From Takakia lepidozioides (Eukaryota; Plantae; Bryophyta), in contig CM060733.1 of the NCBI GenBank assembly GCA_030704615.1, positions 11,842,001-11,906,000 of the forward strand: a DNA stretch of 64,000 bases, in the 5' to 3' direction. Below, in pieces: positions 24,735-37,663 of this stretch (positions are counted from its first letter, which is position 1; every line of letters starts with the position of its first letter). Position numbers and translations under genes: made by a program. The notes below the pieces were generated by a model. That model ran no database searches. It worked only from the letters and a program-made list of their open reading frames with translations, and was not told the DNA's origin.

Positions 24735-26827
24735 AGGGTATCAGCCTCCCCGAAATCCTAATATATCCTACAGGTAGGTTACTCTAAGCATTTCCTTCCT
24801 ATCTGGAACCGGCTGGTATGGGCTTCCATACCCGGGTGCATAACCGGGTTGATATCCATATTTTTGTACATACCAGACCAACACTGATGTCAACCTACAT
24901 TGATGTACTGCAACAACGACATACCCTTGGCATATGCAATTGTTTTTTTCATCAACGTGAGGCGACCCGTGCCTGTTTCATTTTCTCTTCTGCTGCAAGA
25001 CTGCAGGGGTCACAGTGTGGATGTTAAGAAGGTTAGTAACGTAAGTAGAACCGCGCATGTTATTTTTCTCTTCTGCTACAGGGCAGCAGGTGTCGGGGTA
25101 TGAATGTGGGATATGTTAAGAAGGTCACTAACTAGGGCTTTTGTGTAGGCCCGTCTTTTGGTATCAGAGCAGTTTGATTCTTGTGGTTTGCATGATGTGC
25201 TTTGATGCTTCATTGTCTTCACCGAATTCTCAAAACATAGGAAAGCACAGACAAACAGACCGTCTCTCCCCTCAATAGTGCACAACAAAACTCTAGCCGC
25301 CATTTTGCTACCCCCTCTTTCTCTAATCATGCAAGATCCCCCGTACACAATCTACTGCCTCATGTGTGTCGTACTACACACATTCCCTGTTAACGAGTTT
25401 TAGTACCCCACATCTCCACCACGATTCCAGTGCCAGGGGGTTATTCCCCTTCCTCTACCGGCTTAGACTACTTAGGGGGGGATGTAGTCGGTGGAAAGAC
25501 CTGGCAGAGGGGACAGAATCTCACGAAGAGGACGTAACTGACTTACACATCCACACAACGTTCATGCGAGCACTCAAATGCACGGTCACACAGTGTACGC
25601 ACACACATAAAATGAAATCCACCACCACCACTGCCACGACAGTGTAACTTAAATAGTATTAGGGCATAATCTACTCCTTGTGCCGCGTGGCATTTGTACA
25701 CAGGCTAGCCAGATGTCGTTCCAGCATAGCCATAGAAAGAAGCCACATCACCTAGTTCCATCCTAATCTAATCCTAAACTAGCTGTTAGAATAAGACAGT
25801 GTATATTAAAAGTCGTAAGTTGTTGCCGGCTCATCCTCATGCACAAAGCGTACGTTCATCTAGACTACATCCTATCTCCGTCCGTCCCTACTTCATCCAG
25901 ACCGCATCCTCCCTCCATGTGCATGTGCGTAGCCTAGGTGATCTAGGGTTCAAAGTGTCCAAAGGCAATAGTCCCTGGGGAAGAAGAGAGACCATAATCC
26001 GGAAGTGTCATTTGTTTCTTTTTACACTTTGTTGGCCCTGCCTTTAGCAGGACTATGCATTCCTTGGCATGGAAGTAGCTTATAACCTTATATTTTGAGT
26101 GGATCCCAATTGGGCACACGTTCTTTATGTTTCATATGTGCTCTATTGGTAGATGAATGTGAATATATTACTATGCATTGCTCTTAGGTTCCTTATATAT
26201 TGAGTAGGTCATAATTGGGTATATATTATGTATGTTTCATATGACTTCCATTGGTGAATGGTGAGTTTATTACTACGCAGTGCATTGAGAGCATGACCAG
26301 CAGTTGATCACCAAATTGCCGCTCTATATCATTATTTTAGTGAGACATATGATGAGGCACGCAAGCTAGATAGTGCATCCATGGGCTCGCAAGAGCCCCC
26401 AGCACCAACCCACTATATCCATAGTAGAGTAATGGCGCGAGGCTGAGGTGGCAAATTGGTGATTGCGGGCCCCGCCACATAAGGCTGAAGAGACTCGGAG
26501 TCCATTTGACCAAGACTCCGAGTTCATTTGACCAAAGAGTTGTTGTCAGGGGCAACGGATCCTGTGGTTGTACAGGAGAATGTCGCTTTCCAAGCGCGCT
26601 GTAGATAGTGTGGGAGTGGGACGAAATTTGGTGACGGTCACTATTTTGAAGTGCGAGAATGTGCTATTGGGGACGCGCGATCCCGTCCGAAATTGGCGGC
26701 CACGCTATTTTGAAAATAAAGCGCCAAAACCCTGCTTCTGGTCATGCTCTTAAGGACCTTAGACCATAGGTACCAAATCAGCGATTCTTTTATAAGTGTA
26801 ATATCGCACAATTTTTATTTTATTTGT

Positions 26828-27180
26828 AATAGGTGCGACCACCATCAGGGGGGTGGTCGCAACATTTTCTATTTTTTAATATTTGCGACCACCAGCATGG
26901 GGGTGGTCGCAGCATTTTTCTGTTTTTTTAATAGGTGCGACCACCAGCAGAGGGGTGGTCACAACAATTATTATTTTTTAATTAATAATCTCTGTGACCA
27001 CGAGCATGGAGGTGGTCGCAACATTTTTCTTTTTTTTAATAGGTGCGACCACCAGCAGGGGGGTGGTCGCAACAATTTTCTATTTTTTAATATTTACGAT
27101 CACCACCATGAGGGTGGTCGCAGCAGATTTTTTTTTTAAATAACATGCGACTTCCTCGTGCGACCTGGAGCGGTCGCAGC
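26828..27180 (+). repeat. Array of ~50-bp palindromic units (6 units plus a terminal palindrome)
   Basis: Unit approx. AATAGGTGCGACCACCAGCAGGGGGGTGGTCGCAAC plus a T-rich linker. A/B variants alternate. Confidence 0.9.
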
Positions 27181-27216
27181 ATTGGATTCTGATTCGTCGA
27201 GCGTGTGAGGCTTGGA

Positions 27217-27250
27217 GGCTGGAGGGTATATAAGGCTGGAGGGTATATAA
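27217..27250 (+). promoter_or_regulatory. Duplicated TATA box upstream of the hAT transposase
   Basis: GGCTGGAGGGTATATAA in two tandem copies (TATATAA at 27227 and 27244). Confidence 0.55.
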
Positions 27251-27522
27251 GGTGGTCCCAATGCCCCTCACTTCTTTTGTGGCGAGTGAATGTTCTATAT
27301 TCCTTGAGTAAGAGTGTAAGCCCAAGAAGAGGGTGCGGACCGTTTGCTGTTGTGGCTTCCACCAGAGCCACTGCAGCAAATTGTCGAAAAGCACAATACT
27401 ACATGGTGCATTGATCCACTTGGATTGATGCCGTAGTGTTGGGCCATCGCATTCTGTTCTAACTTCTATTGCTCTTGACAAATCTACAAGTACACTAGTG
27501 TTCTTCGTTCAACCTTAAGTCT

Positions 27523-29063
27523 GTGGTTAGGGTTTTGGGTGTGAGGATAAGGGAGAAGTGGATCTTTTGGTTCACCATAGACCCACAAAAAAAAAATGGT
27601 GTTCAATGCAATCTATGTGCATTGAAGCTGGCGGGTCGCAAACATCGCATGTTATATCACCTCGGCTATAGAGATGGGAAGAATGCAGGGGTTAGTTTGT
27701 ACCCAAAAGCCTCCATGCGAGTGAAAGCCTACTTTGTCCAATGTGGAGGCAATATCCCACCGTCTCTTGATTGGGCCGCGGCTTCTGAGCCAAACACTCC
27801 AGGTTCGAATCAAAATGTCCCTCAGAGTTGTACCCAGGGGGGTTCTTGCGAGGCGTCTGCTGTTCGTGGAGAAGCCGGTGAGTCAGGAGCAACACCCGAT
27901 TGTACGCCAGCACTTATACGGACCAGACCATTGAGGCAAGAATCAATGCAAGAAGACTTAAATTTGTCGCACATGAGGACTCTGGATAAGAAGTGGGCCC
28001 AATTTTTCTACGAGGCCAATATTCCGTTGAATGTCTCGAGGCTTCATGCATTTGTAGCTGCTGTCAAAGCCACGTCCGATTCCAAGTCCACATATACACC
28101 TCCGAGTTATCGCGATCTCCGCACAGGATTGCTAGAAGAGGCTATGTCTGACCTCACCCAAAAGATGAATGAGAAGACAGGTGATTCTCTCCGGAAATAT
28201 GGAAGCACTATATGTGCGGACGGTTGGAGTTCTGTTACTAATCGACCACTGTTCAATGTCATGCTGGTCTGTCCTGCGGGGGAATAATTTTGGGATCCGT
28301 TGACACAAGCGGGGAGAGAAAAGATGCACGTTATCAAGCAGGGTTGTTGACGAGTTTCATCGATAAAATTGGAACTGATAAAATTGTCCAAGTGTGCACG
28401 GACAATGCATCTAACATGATTAATATGGCCGATATTTTGATGGTACGATATCCTCATCTATATTACCAAGGGTGTGCTGCTCATATCTTTGATTTCTTTT
28501 TGGAGGATTGGGGAAAAGAATCATAGATGAAACAACTAGTAAAAAGGGCAAAGTCGGTTGTGACGTTCATTCGTACACATCACATCCCTCTGACATTGTT
28601 TAGAAAACATGAACCCAAATACAACCTTACGAACCCGGGTGAAACCCGCTTTGCCACAAACTTTTTTTATGGTGGATCGACTGGTGACTGTGAGGGCGGG
28701 TCTGGAGCAGGTGATCATCGACCCTCAATGGGATGCATATGTGGGCACCTTACACGACTCTCGTAAGTCCAAGTCTTTGAGCAAAAGTCAGAGGGTCCGC
28801 GCAATCATTCGCTCCGACGCTTTCTGGGCGAAATGTGCAAATTTTGTGTACATGGTGGAGCCGGTGTTGATTGCTTTGCGGGAGTTTGATGGAAAACAAC
28901 CAATAATGGATAAAACATGGTTGATATTGGAAAACCTTGAGAAGCACGTGCAATCCTTGAGGTGTCATCCATTTTCTATGGACGATGATTTGGTGGCAAG
29001 GACCGATGATGCATTTTACGACTGCAAACGGATGGTTCGCACGGACTTGCATTATGTGGGGGC
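27523..29063 (+). pseudogene. hAT-superfamily (DUF659-type) transposase, disrupted
   Basis: BED-like finger VQCNLC...HRMLYHL. Motifs FFYEANIP, ADGWSSVTNRPL, VQVCTDNASNM, CAAHIFD, ETRFATNF. Stop/frameshift near 28287, TAG at 28524, frameshift near 28665. Cut at 29064 by a retrotransposon. Confidence 0.88.
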
Positions 29064-30978
29064 TGTCACGGACATAGCCCAGAGGAATTTACCAGGAGTA
29101 AATACCAGAAGTTACCAAGTTACCGGAAGTTACCATGACTTATCGCGATTTATCATGATTTACCATGATTTACCATTACTTATCAAGTTACCGCCGGGAG
29201 TTTACAAAATTACCAAGAGTAACATGGGAAACTGCTCAGGAAGCTTCATTTGGAAGAAACTTCTCCATCAAGATATCTCATTTGTTTAAGGAAGCTTCTC
29301 CATCAAGAAACCTTTGCTTAATCTTGAAAACTTCTCCAGCAAGAAACCTCCTTAGGAGAAGTTTCTTAGGGAAGCTTCTTAGTAGCCAATATATAAAGGA
29401 GGCGAGACTGGACACTCTTCAGTCTCGCCAACACCAGTTCAAGTTGCTCTTGTTTCCAGTTCCCAGTACTTCAGTCCAGTTCCCAGTACCCTAGCCTGGT
29501 TTCCAGTATTTGGTAATCCAGTCCAGTACCAAAGGTGTTCAACCCCTGTTTCTTGGAGCTAGAGCCTTCATGAGAGCTACGAAGAAAGACGCGATATTTG
29601 CATGTTATGCGACTTCGATCAAAACCACAACAGACCAAGGTACTTCGACATTACCCACTCAATATCAAGATTTCAAGGATGTCTTCGAGAAGAAAAATGC
29701 TGAAATGCTGCAAGAACATCGACCTTATGATTGTGCAATTGAGTTGCAAGAATGAACTCAACCACCATTCGGCCCGATCTACAATTTATCTCACACGGAG
29801 CTGGCTGCTTTATGCGAATACATTGATGAAAATTTGTCAAAAAATTTCATTCGACATTCAAAATCACCCGCGGGAGCACCTATCTTATTTGTGAAGAAGA
29901 AAGACGGATCGTTACACATGTGCGTGGACTATCGTGGGCTCAACAAAGTCACTATAAAAAATCGTTACCCACTACCGCTAATTTTCGGACTCCTCGAACA
30001 ACTTGGACGAGCAAATTTTTTCACAAAGATCGACTTGAGATGAGCTTACAACATTGTACGAATAAAAGAAGGAGATGAATGGAAGACTGCTTTTCGCACA
30101 AGGTACGGACATTTCGAATACAGTGTTATGCCTTTCGGTCTTATAAATGCTCCAGCAAATTTTCAACACATGATGAATGACATCTCTCGAGAATTTTTAG
30201 ATGACTTTGTAGTCAACTATTTGGACGATATTTTGATATTTTCACAGAATGAAGAAGAACATGGTCGTCATGTACGTCTTGTCCTTGATAAATTGAGGGA
30301 AAAATGACTATATGCCAAGTTGGAAATTTTTCTTTTCCACCAATCTGAGGTCGAATTTTTGGGTTACATTATTTCCGACAAATGCGTCTTTATGGATCAA
30401 AAGAAAATACAGACCATCATCGAGTGGATTAAACCAACTTCGGTCCGAAATGTACAATGTTTTCTAGGATTTGCAAATTTCTACAGAATCTTCATCAAGG
30501 ATTACTCCAAAAATGCTGCACCATTGACACGACTCACAGGGAAGGACAAATTTGTATGGGACATGAAGGCTGACCAAGCATTTGAAAGACTGAAGCAGAC
30601 ATTTACAACGGCTCCAATACTGGTACAAGCAGACCCATCTAAACCATTCTTTTTTGAAGCAGATGCATCGGACTTTGTACTTGGCGCGGTGCTCTCTCAA
30701 TACGGTACAGATGACCAACTTCACCCTGTTGGTTTTCGTTCTCGCAAATTTCCCGCTGCGGAGATCAATTATGAAATCCATGACAAAGAACTTCTAGCGA
30801 TTATTGATGCTTTTGCGGAGTGACGTCATCTATTGGAGGGAGCTAAACATCAGGTCATAGTCTATACCGATCACAAAAACCTCGAGTATTTTATGAGTGC
30901 TCGTGTTTTGAATCGACGTCAAGCGAGATGGAGTATGTCACTAGCAAGGTTTGATTTTGTTATTACCTACCGTCCCAG
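29064..30978 (+). mobile_element. Truncated Ty3/gypsy LTR retrotransposon (LTR part + RT + RNase H)
   Basis: Starts TGTCACGG in an LTR-like repetitive segment. RT motifs [43 protein letters not shown]. RNase H motifs EADASDF, NYEIHDKELLAI, YTDHKNL. Several TGA stops. gag and integrase absent. Confidence 0.9.
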
Positions 30979-31289
30979 ACCAAGAGCGACAAACCCGGCT
31001 CTGGCAAATGTGGAAGAGAGTCAGCATTGCCTAGAACGCTACGCATGATGGCAAGGGTGGACCACACAACATTGGGTCCCTCTTTGACCACTCGAGCCCA
31101 GGCTCGAGCTCTCCGTACTGGTAGAGGCACATCCTCTACACCCAGAGCATCTTCATGAACATCTGGAGATGACGACAACGAAGTAATAAATCTAGATGAA
31201 GATGACTAGAAAGGCTAGAAACGTAGGGAGTAGGCCAAAGGTCTCAGGTTGCGAAAACTTAAATGTGCAACCCACTATATAGTCTACGT

Positions 31290-34200
31290 AATTTTTGGAA
31301 ATACGAGGTTCATCATTTGAACCATTTTTGAATGACCTCATACTTGTTAGGTACCTGTTTGACGACATGTACAATATAGTGACAAAGTTTCACAACAATC
31401 AAAAATTGCTGAATGAAGATACCATTGGTGGTGATTACAATATTTTAAATCGAACTCATACTTGTCATGTACCTTTAAGAGGGCATGTACAATGCAATGG
31501 CAAAGTTTGAAAGCATTCAGAAATCGGCACATCAAGTAACCATTGGTTCCTCCTGTGAACCATTTTTGATTGATCTCATACTTGTCCGGTCCATGTAAGA
31601 GGCATGTAGAACATACTGGCAAAATTTCAAATCATTCAAATTTTTTTTGATCAATGAACCTTTGGTTTATCCTTTTCACCATTAACGATTAATCACAAAT
31701 AAATGAAGAGACGAATAAATCATTTTCCTCCAAATGATTTTGGTTCGCTTTGAGACTTGGCCAGTATATTCAATGTACCATGGAAGAGGCCCCAGAGTAA
31801 TATGAGATCAATCGAAATTCGTTCAATGGGCCAACGGATGGTTGCCCATCCAAATGATTTTCGTTCGCTTTGAGACTTGGCCAGCGTGTTCAATGTACCC
31901 TCTGATAGGTCCCAGTGTAATATGAGATCAATCGAAATTCGTTCGATGGGCCAATGAGGCGTTCAGTTGTTATCTGGTTTTTGTTCATTGCGAAAAAGAA
32001 ATCCTACAATGCGTGCATGGCTATTGCACCCATTGAACGGATGTGGTCGAAGCCCCTCTTTTGCCCGCATGTGCTTGAACATGTGTGCGACACATGTGCG
32101 GAGACACAACAGACGAATAAATCATTTGCCTCCTCATCGACACCAAGCCATTCCATAATGTAATTGAATTTAAATTAATTTTAAGCCAATAAATAGGTTT
32201 GCACTGCCTTTCATTGGCGGTTTCTGGCATGTATCGATTTTTTTTTTGGCTCAATTTTGTTTTGCGGCTTCAAGCATCCCACTGCTACTCCCCCGCCACA
32301 ATTTGGACCAATCAAAAATGCCCAAAAAAAAAAATGTTCTCTTCGCTCACTATTGCAGAACTCTCTATGAAGAATGCATGAAGTAGAGCACAAATCAAGT
32401 TGGGAGTGCAAAACGGGCAAGAAACTGTGGTTTTGAGTCTAAATGAATTTTGATCGCTCCCAAATTTGGCACGCACGTTGCATATGGAGTCATTACACGC
32501 CCCATTTAAAAATGGAATGAAAAAAAAAAACATGAGCACGCGAAACGCAGTCCAACAGGTCCCAAAGTAATAGTAGATCCAACATAATACATTCAATGGG
32601 TGAACGGATGGTTGCCCATCCAAATCATTTTTGTTTGCTTCCAAACTTTGCCAGTACGTTCGAGACACTTCTCACATGTCCCGGACTAATATCAGATCAA
32701 TCGAAATTCATTTGATGGCTCAACGGATGGTTGGCCATCGAAATGATTTTGGTTCGCTTTGAGACTTGGCCAATATATTCAATGTATCATGGAAGAGGCC
32801 CCAAAGTAATATGAGATCAACCGAAATTTGTTCAATGGGCCGACGGATGGTTGCCCATTCAAATGATTTTCGTTCGCTTTGAGACTTGGCCAGTGTGTTG
32901 AATGTACCCTCTGATAGGTCCCAGTGTAATATGAGATCAATCGAAATTCGTTTGATGGGCCAATGAGGTGTTCAATTGTAATCTGGTTTTTGTTCTTTAC
33001 GAAAAAGAAATCCTGCAATGTGTGCACGGCTATTGCACCCATTGAACGGACGTTGTTGAAGCCTCTCTTTTGCCCACATGTGCTTGAACATGTGTGCGAC
33101 ACATGTGCGGAGACACAACAAACAATAAATCATTTGCCTCCCCATCGACACCAGGCCATTCCATAATGTAATTGAATTTAAATTAATTTTAAGCCAATAA
33201 ATATGTTTGCACTGCCTTTCATTGGGGGTTTCTTCTCGTATCGATTTTGTTTTTGGCTCAATTTTGTTTTGCAGCTTCAAGCATCCCACTGCTACTCCCC
33301 CGCCACAATTTGGACCAATCAAAAATGCAGTAGAGCACAAATCAAGTTGGGAGTGCAAAACGGATAAGAAACTGTGGTTTTGGGTCCAAATGAATTTTGA
33401 TCACTCCCAAATTTGGCACGCACGTTGCATATAGAGTCATTACACACCCCATTTAAAAACGAAATGAAAAAAAAAAACATGAGCATGCGAAACGCAGTCC
33501 AACAGGTCCCAAAGTAATAGTAGATCCAACATCATACATTCAATGGATGAACGGATGGTTGCCCATCCAAATCATTTTGTTTGCTTCCAAATTTTGCCAG
33601 TACGTTTGAGACACCCTCTCACAGGTCCCGGACTAATATCAAATCAATCAAAATTCATTCGATGGCTCTACGGATGGTTGGCCATCGAAATGATTTTGGT
33701 TCACTTTGAGACTTGGCCAGTATGTTCAATGTACCATGGAAGAGGCCCTAGAATAATATGAGATCAACCAAAATTCGTTCAATGGGCCGACGGATGGTTT
33801 CGTTCGCTTTGAAACTTGGCCAGTGTGTTCAATGTACCCTCTGATAGGTCCTAGTGTAATATGAGATCAATCGTTAATGATTAATCATGAATCATCCAAC
33901 AGGGGAACTGTTGGTTCACCCTTTGAACCATTTAACATTGACATCATACTTGTCTAGTAACTTTAAGAGGGCATGTACAAGACACTCGCAAAGTTTCAAA
34001 TAAATCCAAAATCATTTGGCAGGGGAATGATTGGTTCACCCATAGCCAATTTCAGGGGCTGAAATTTGCCATTTATGGTGCTCGAATTGCCAATTTCTGG
34101 GGCTGGACTTGCAATTTGAAGGGCTGAAACTGCCATTCCAGGGGCTTCAATTGCCAATTTCAGGGGCTGCACTAGCATTTGTCTTTTCACAGGCTACAGT

Positions 34201-35650
34201 TGCAATTTGAGGGGCGGGAATTGCCATTTCAGGGGCTAGAAGTGCAATTTGAGGGGTTGGAATTGACAATTTCAAGGGCTCAAATTACAATTTGAGGGGC
34301 GGCCGGGGTTGGTCATTTTAGGGACTGACATTACCAATTTTAAGGCTTGAATTGCATTTTGAATTGTAATTCAAGGGTTACAATGGGCCATTGGGGGGCT
34401 AGAATTACCAAAGCAATGACATCCAAAGCAATATAAAATCATTTGATAGCGGAATGATTGGTTCACCCTTTCAACCATTTTTTATTCACGTCATACTTGT
34501 CCGGTACTTGTAAGAGGGCATGTGGCTGACACTTGCAAAGCTTCAAAGCAATGTAAAATCATTTGATAGGGGAACAATTGGTTCACCCTTTCAACCATAT
34601 TTTACTGACCTCATACTTGTCCGTACCTTTAAAATGGCATGTGAAAGACACTTGCAAAGCTTTAAAGCACTAAGAAATCATTTGATATGTTCATGATTGA
34701 TTCACCCTTTCAACCATTTTAGATTGATTTGAAACTTGTGAAAGACCTGTAAGAGGGCATGTACAAGACACTTGCAAAGTTTCAAATCATTTGGTAGGGG
34801 GACGATTGGTTCACCCTTTAAACCATTTTAGATTGATGTCATACTTCTCAAAGACGTGTAAGAGGGCATGTAGAAGACACTTGCAAAGTTTCGGAGCAAT
34901 AAATATCATTTCATCGGGAAGTTTCCGTTCACCCTTTCATCCAATTTTGAATTGAACTGGATTTTTACTAATTAAAATGATTTAGAGGGCATAGGATTGT
35001 GGGGCGCAATGATTTTGTTTTTGGCTTGATTTTGTTCTGTGAGTTGAACCCTCACACCACCACATCCTTGCCAAAAAATGTACCAAAGAAAAATGTTTGG
35101 AAAAAAACGTTCATCCTTTGCTCTATGCTCACTATTGCAGAACTCTCTATGAAGAGTGCATGAAGTTGAAGATAACTTCACCTTGGAGTGCAAATGAGGG
35201 AATAAAATGTTTTGGATGCAGACGATGTCTGTTCATGGTGATATTTGCATGCAACTCTCATGTTGTTATCAAGCATATGGCTTCAGAATGGAATTAAAAA
35301 CAATTCATGTGCAGGCGAAAGGTTGTTTCTCCTTATGAATTTGAATAACCCATTCAAACAACTTTGTTGAAGTTCAACTTTGGTCCATATGTGCTTAAGT
35401 ACGTACAAATCACGTACACAAAGTTGCAAGCGAAGAAATAATCATTTGCCCCCGAACGACTCGTTAAACCTTTCAACCAATTTTCAATCATGAATCATTT
35501 AATAGGGGAACTATTGGTTCACCTTAGAACCATTTTAGATTGACCTCATACTTTTTTAGTAACTTAAAGAGGGCATGTACAAGACACTCCCAAAGTTTCA
35601 AATCAATCTAAAATCATTTGGCAGGGAACGATTGGTTCACCCATTGACCC
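31290..35650. repeat. Complex satellite block: ~120-bp unit in both orientations plus a ~1-kb tandem duplication
   Basis: Unit ...ATTGACCTCATACTTGT...AAGAGGGCATGTACAAGACACTTGCAAAGTTTC at 31290-31690 and 33900-35650. Inverted version GAGACTTGGCCAG...TAATATGAGATCAA at 31730-33870. Position 31954 recurs at 32963 (1009-bp offset). Confidence 0.85.
34040..34420. repeat. ~20-bp minisatellite (GCCAATTTCAGGGGCT core)
   Basis: More than 10 degenerate AATTT(C/G)AGGGGCT units. Confidence 0.8.
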
Positions 35651-35789
35651 GGTGTACACTGTCACTCTTCAAGATTCGTGGGTGTGGTGCTTGATTATCC
35701 CATATGATGGACCCAGGTGCCATGGCCAAGTAACAAACCATTAAAACATTATGGTACGAGACAAACACAATTGAAAACAACATTTATTC

Positions 35790-37301
35790 AAACATGATGT
35801 ACAGTCAGAGGTCTACAAGTTTCTATCCATCCTCCAGCAATTTTTGGGCTCAGGCCAATTGAATAGCCCCGTCATGAAACGCTTCACAACATTTTCTAGT
35901 TTGTACCGCAACTCTACTGTGTCTACACACAAGTTTTCCAGAGCCGAAGCAAAACAGGTTCCAGTAGACATATCGTTGAACATGCTTGCATCGAACGTGT
36001 TACCCCCATTCTATCTTCCCAATTGCAAAGGTCTCTGATGGCACGGTTAGAGGGGGCCTACGAGGTGTGCCATCTGACTGGTTGTTGGCTACATTATGAA
36101 CAATTGCAATTTCAGGTGCAATCCACCATCTATGTGCGAGAGTCTTTATCATCTTGTCTCTGCTCTCGAAAATGTACAACGTGTTTTTGGGTCATCCGTC
36201 GTGGAGGCCATCCCCCAATCGCATACCCGATGTACACATCTTCAGACCCTTGTGGAAATGCAACAAGATGTTGTCGGGGGACATCGTTGTGCAAGAGGTG
36301 GTGATTATGGACGTTGAGCATGATGTGCAAAAGCGCCCATGCCAATTGGGTGCGATTCTGTCGGAATCGAACCAGTCGGTTGACCTCCTGCATTTCTTGC
36401 TCCGTCCCCCGTCGTTCTATTAACTCCCTATTATCCCGATCATTCCCCCATTTCCTGTCAATACTCAACCATGATCGTATGGTCCCCCCATTCCACCAAT
36501 GTGTGTAACCTTCATTTCGACGTGGATGCAACGCAAAATACTTTATGATGCCGAAATGATGGAACTTTACAGCCAACGCCTCATTGTTATGTTGGACTTT
36601 GGCAAGCTCAGCATTTGTTTCCCTGGCGTTTTCCCTGCTAGCTCCCAAGATGGAAGAATGAATTGATCCCCAACAATTTTTAACCCTCCGAATTGTACCA
36701 TACCCTCCCTGTTTGGGCGCGAGTTGTTGTATCTGTGCGTTTGTGGATATGTATCTCACGTTCAATGCCGCATCCGCGGACGAGGACCCTGCCTTCCATG
36801 GGAGTGGTTTCGTACATCGTTTGGCGTGGGCCTTTGCCATGTCAGACCACCAATCCACAAGCACAAACAACTCCTCCTCCGAAGTTGGCATGCGACCTTC
36901 AGCTACAAGTGTTCTCGTAACAAACTTGTCCATGGTTTGCCTCAAATTTCATGTGGCATCATGGGCCCGGTCCTCCATCCATTTCGTGAACTGGAACTTC
37001 GCCCTGTCCTCCTCCCATTCATCCCGGCCAAAGCCTCCCTCATTCTCATCTCCATATTGTGCTGGAATCTAAGGAACCCTCATTCCCATGTCGGACATAC
37101 AAAAGATTCAAACGCATTATGTCATTGTCCTTTAAAATAATCCAGCACTACTTGCTTCACCACCTTCGCGGCCTCTGCGCTTGGATAGTCTTTTTTGTTG
37201 ACCTGACTATCCCGTTCATGTGCATGTTTACGCTTCCTACCTTTACGCCCACTTCCCGAGGAACCCCCTGACACTGCGTTCGAAGCAATGTTTCCGGACA
37301 T
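35790..37301 (-). pseudogene. Intronless protein-kinase-fold gene with multiple frameshifts
   Basis: Across frames on the minus strand: QGGYGTIRRV (Gly loop), ELAGK, NNEALA, HNDV.DNILLHF (catalytic loop), CDWGMAS (DFG equivalent), WWIAPE, SETFAIG. Candidate ATG at 37301 is followed by basic GRKGRKRK. Confidence 0.8.
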
Positions 37302-37592
37302 GATGAAAGTACTCTGCGGAATAGACGCGGCTTTGTAACGGAAAACTAAACCCAGACTATTGATAACCTTATATACTAGCAGACCAATTTCCTCACCCTC
37401 TATTGGTATAGTACCCAAAGCAAACTCTCCCGCAGTCCCAGGAAAAAAAAGCAAAAACTCCTCCCCCACACAAATCCACTTTCTCCCCCCCCCCCCATGC
37501 TCAGTCCTGGCCACCGAAGTTCAAACTCCAAGAAGCCCCAGAACCGCACTCACAGAGAGGGAAAAAGTGGGTTGGGAATGAGGGGTAGGCCC

Positions 37593-37599
37593 TTATATA
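37593..37599 (-). promoter_or_regulatory. TATA box upstream of the kinase gene
   Basis: TATATAA on the minus strand, between the palindrome array and the kinase ORF. Confidence 0.5.
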
Positions 37600-37663
37600 C
37601 TGCCTGAAGAGGCCTGGCACGCGACCGCCTTTGCTGCCCATTCACGCCTTGCCACGTATCCAG

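Larger units (their letters stand above)
18997..24886. mobile_element. hAT MITE interrupted by a CACTA insertion
   Basis: TIRs CAGTGTTGGTATGGTAT...ATACCAGACCAACACTG. Perfect 8-bp TSD ATGTCAAC at 18989-18996 and 24887-24894. Confidence 0.9.

Noticed and set aside
25380-26050. Possible LTR fragment (purine tract followed by TGTAGT)
   Set aside because: No second LTR, PBS, TSD or coding remnant found.
26744-27139. ORFs with repeated NRCDHQQGGGR peptides (also 37550-38173)
   Set aside because: These are translations of the DNA repeat arrays, not plausible proteins.
26828-27180. CRISPR-like look of the palindromic repeat arrays (also 37664-38152)
   Set aside because: Linkers are short, similar A/T tracts rather than unique spacers. 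No cas genes, and the context is eukaryotic.
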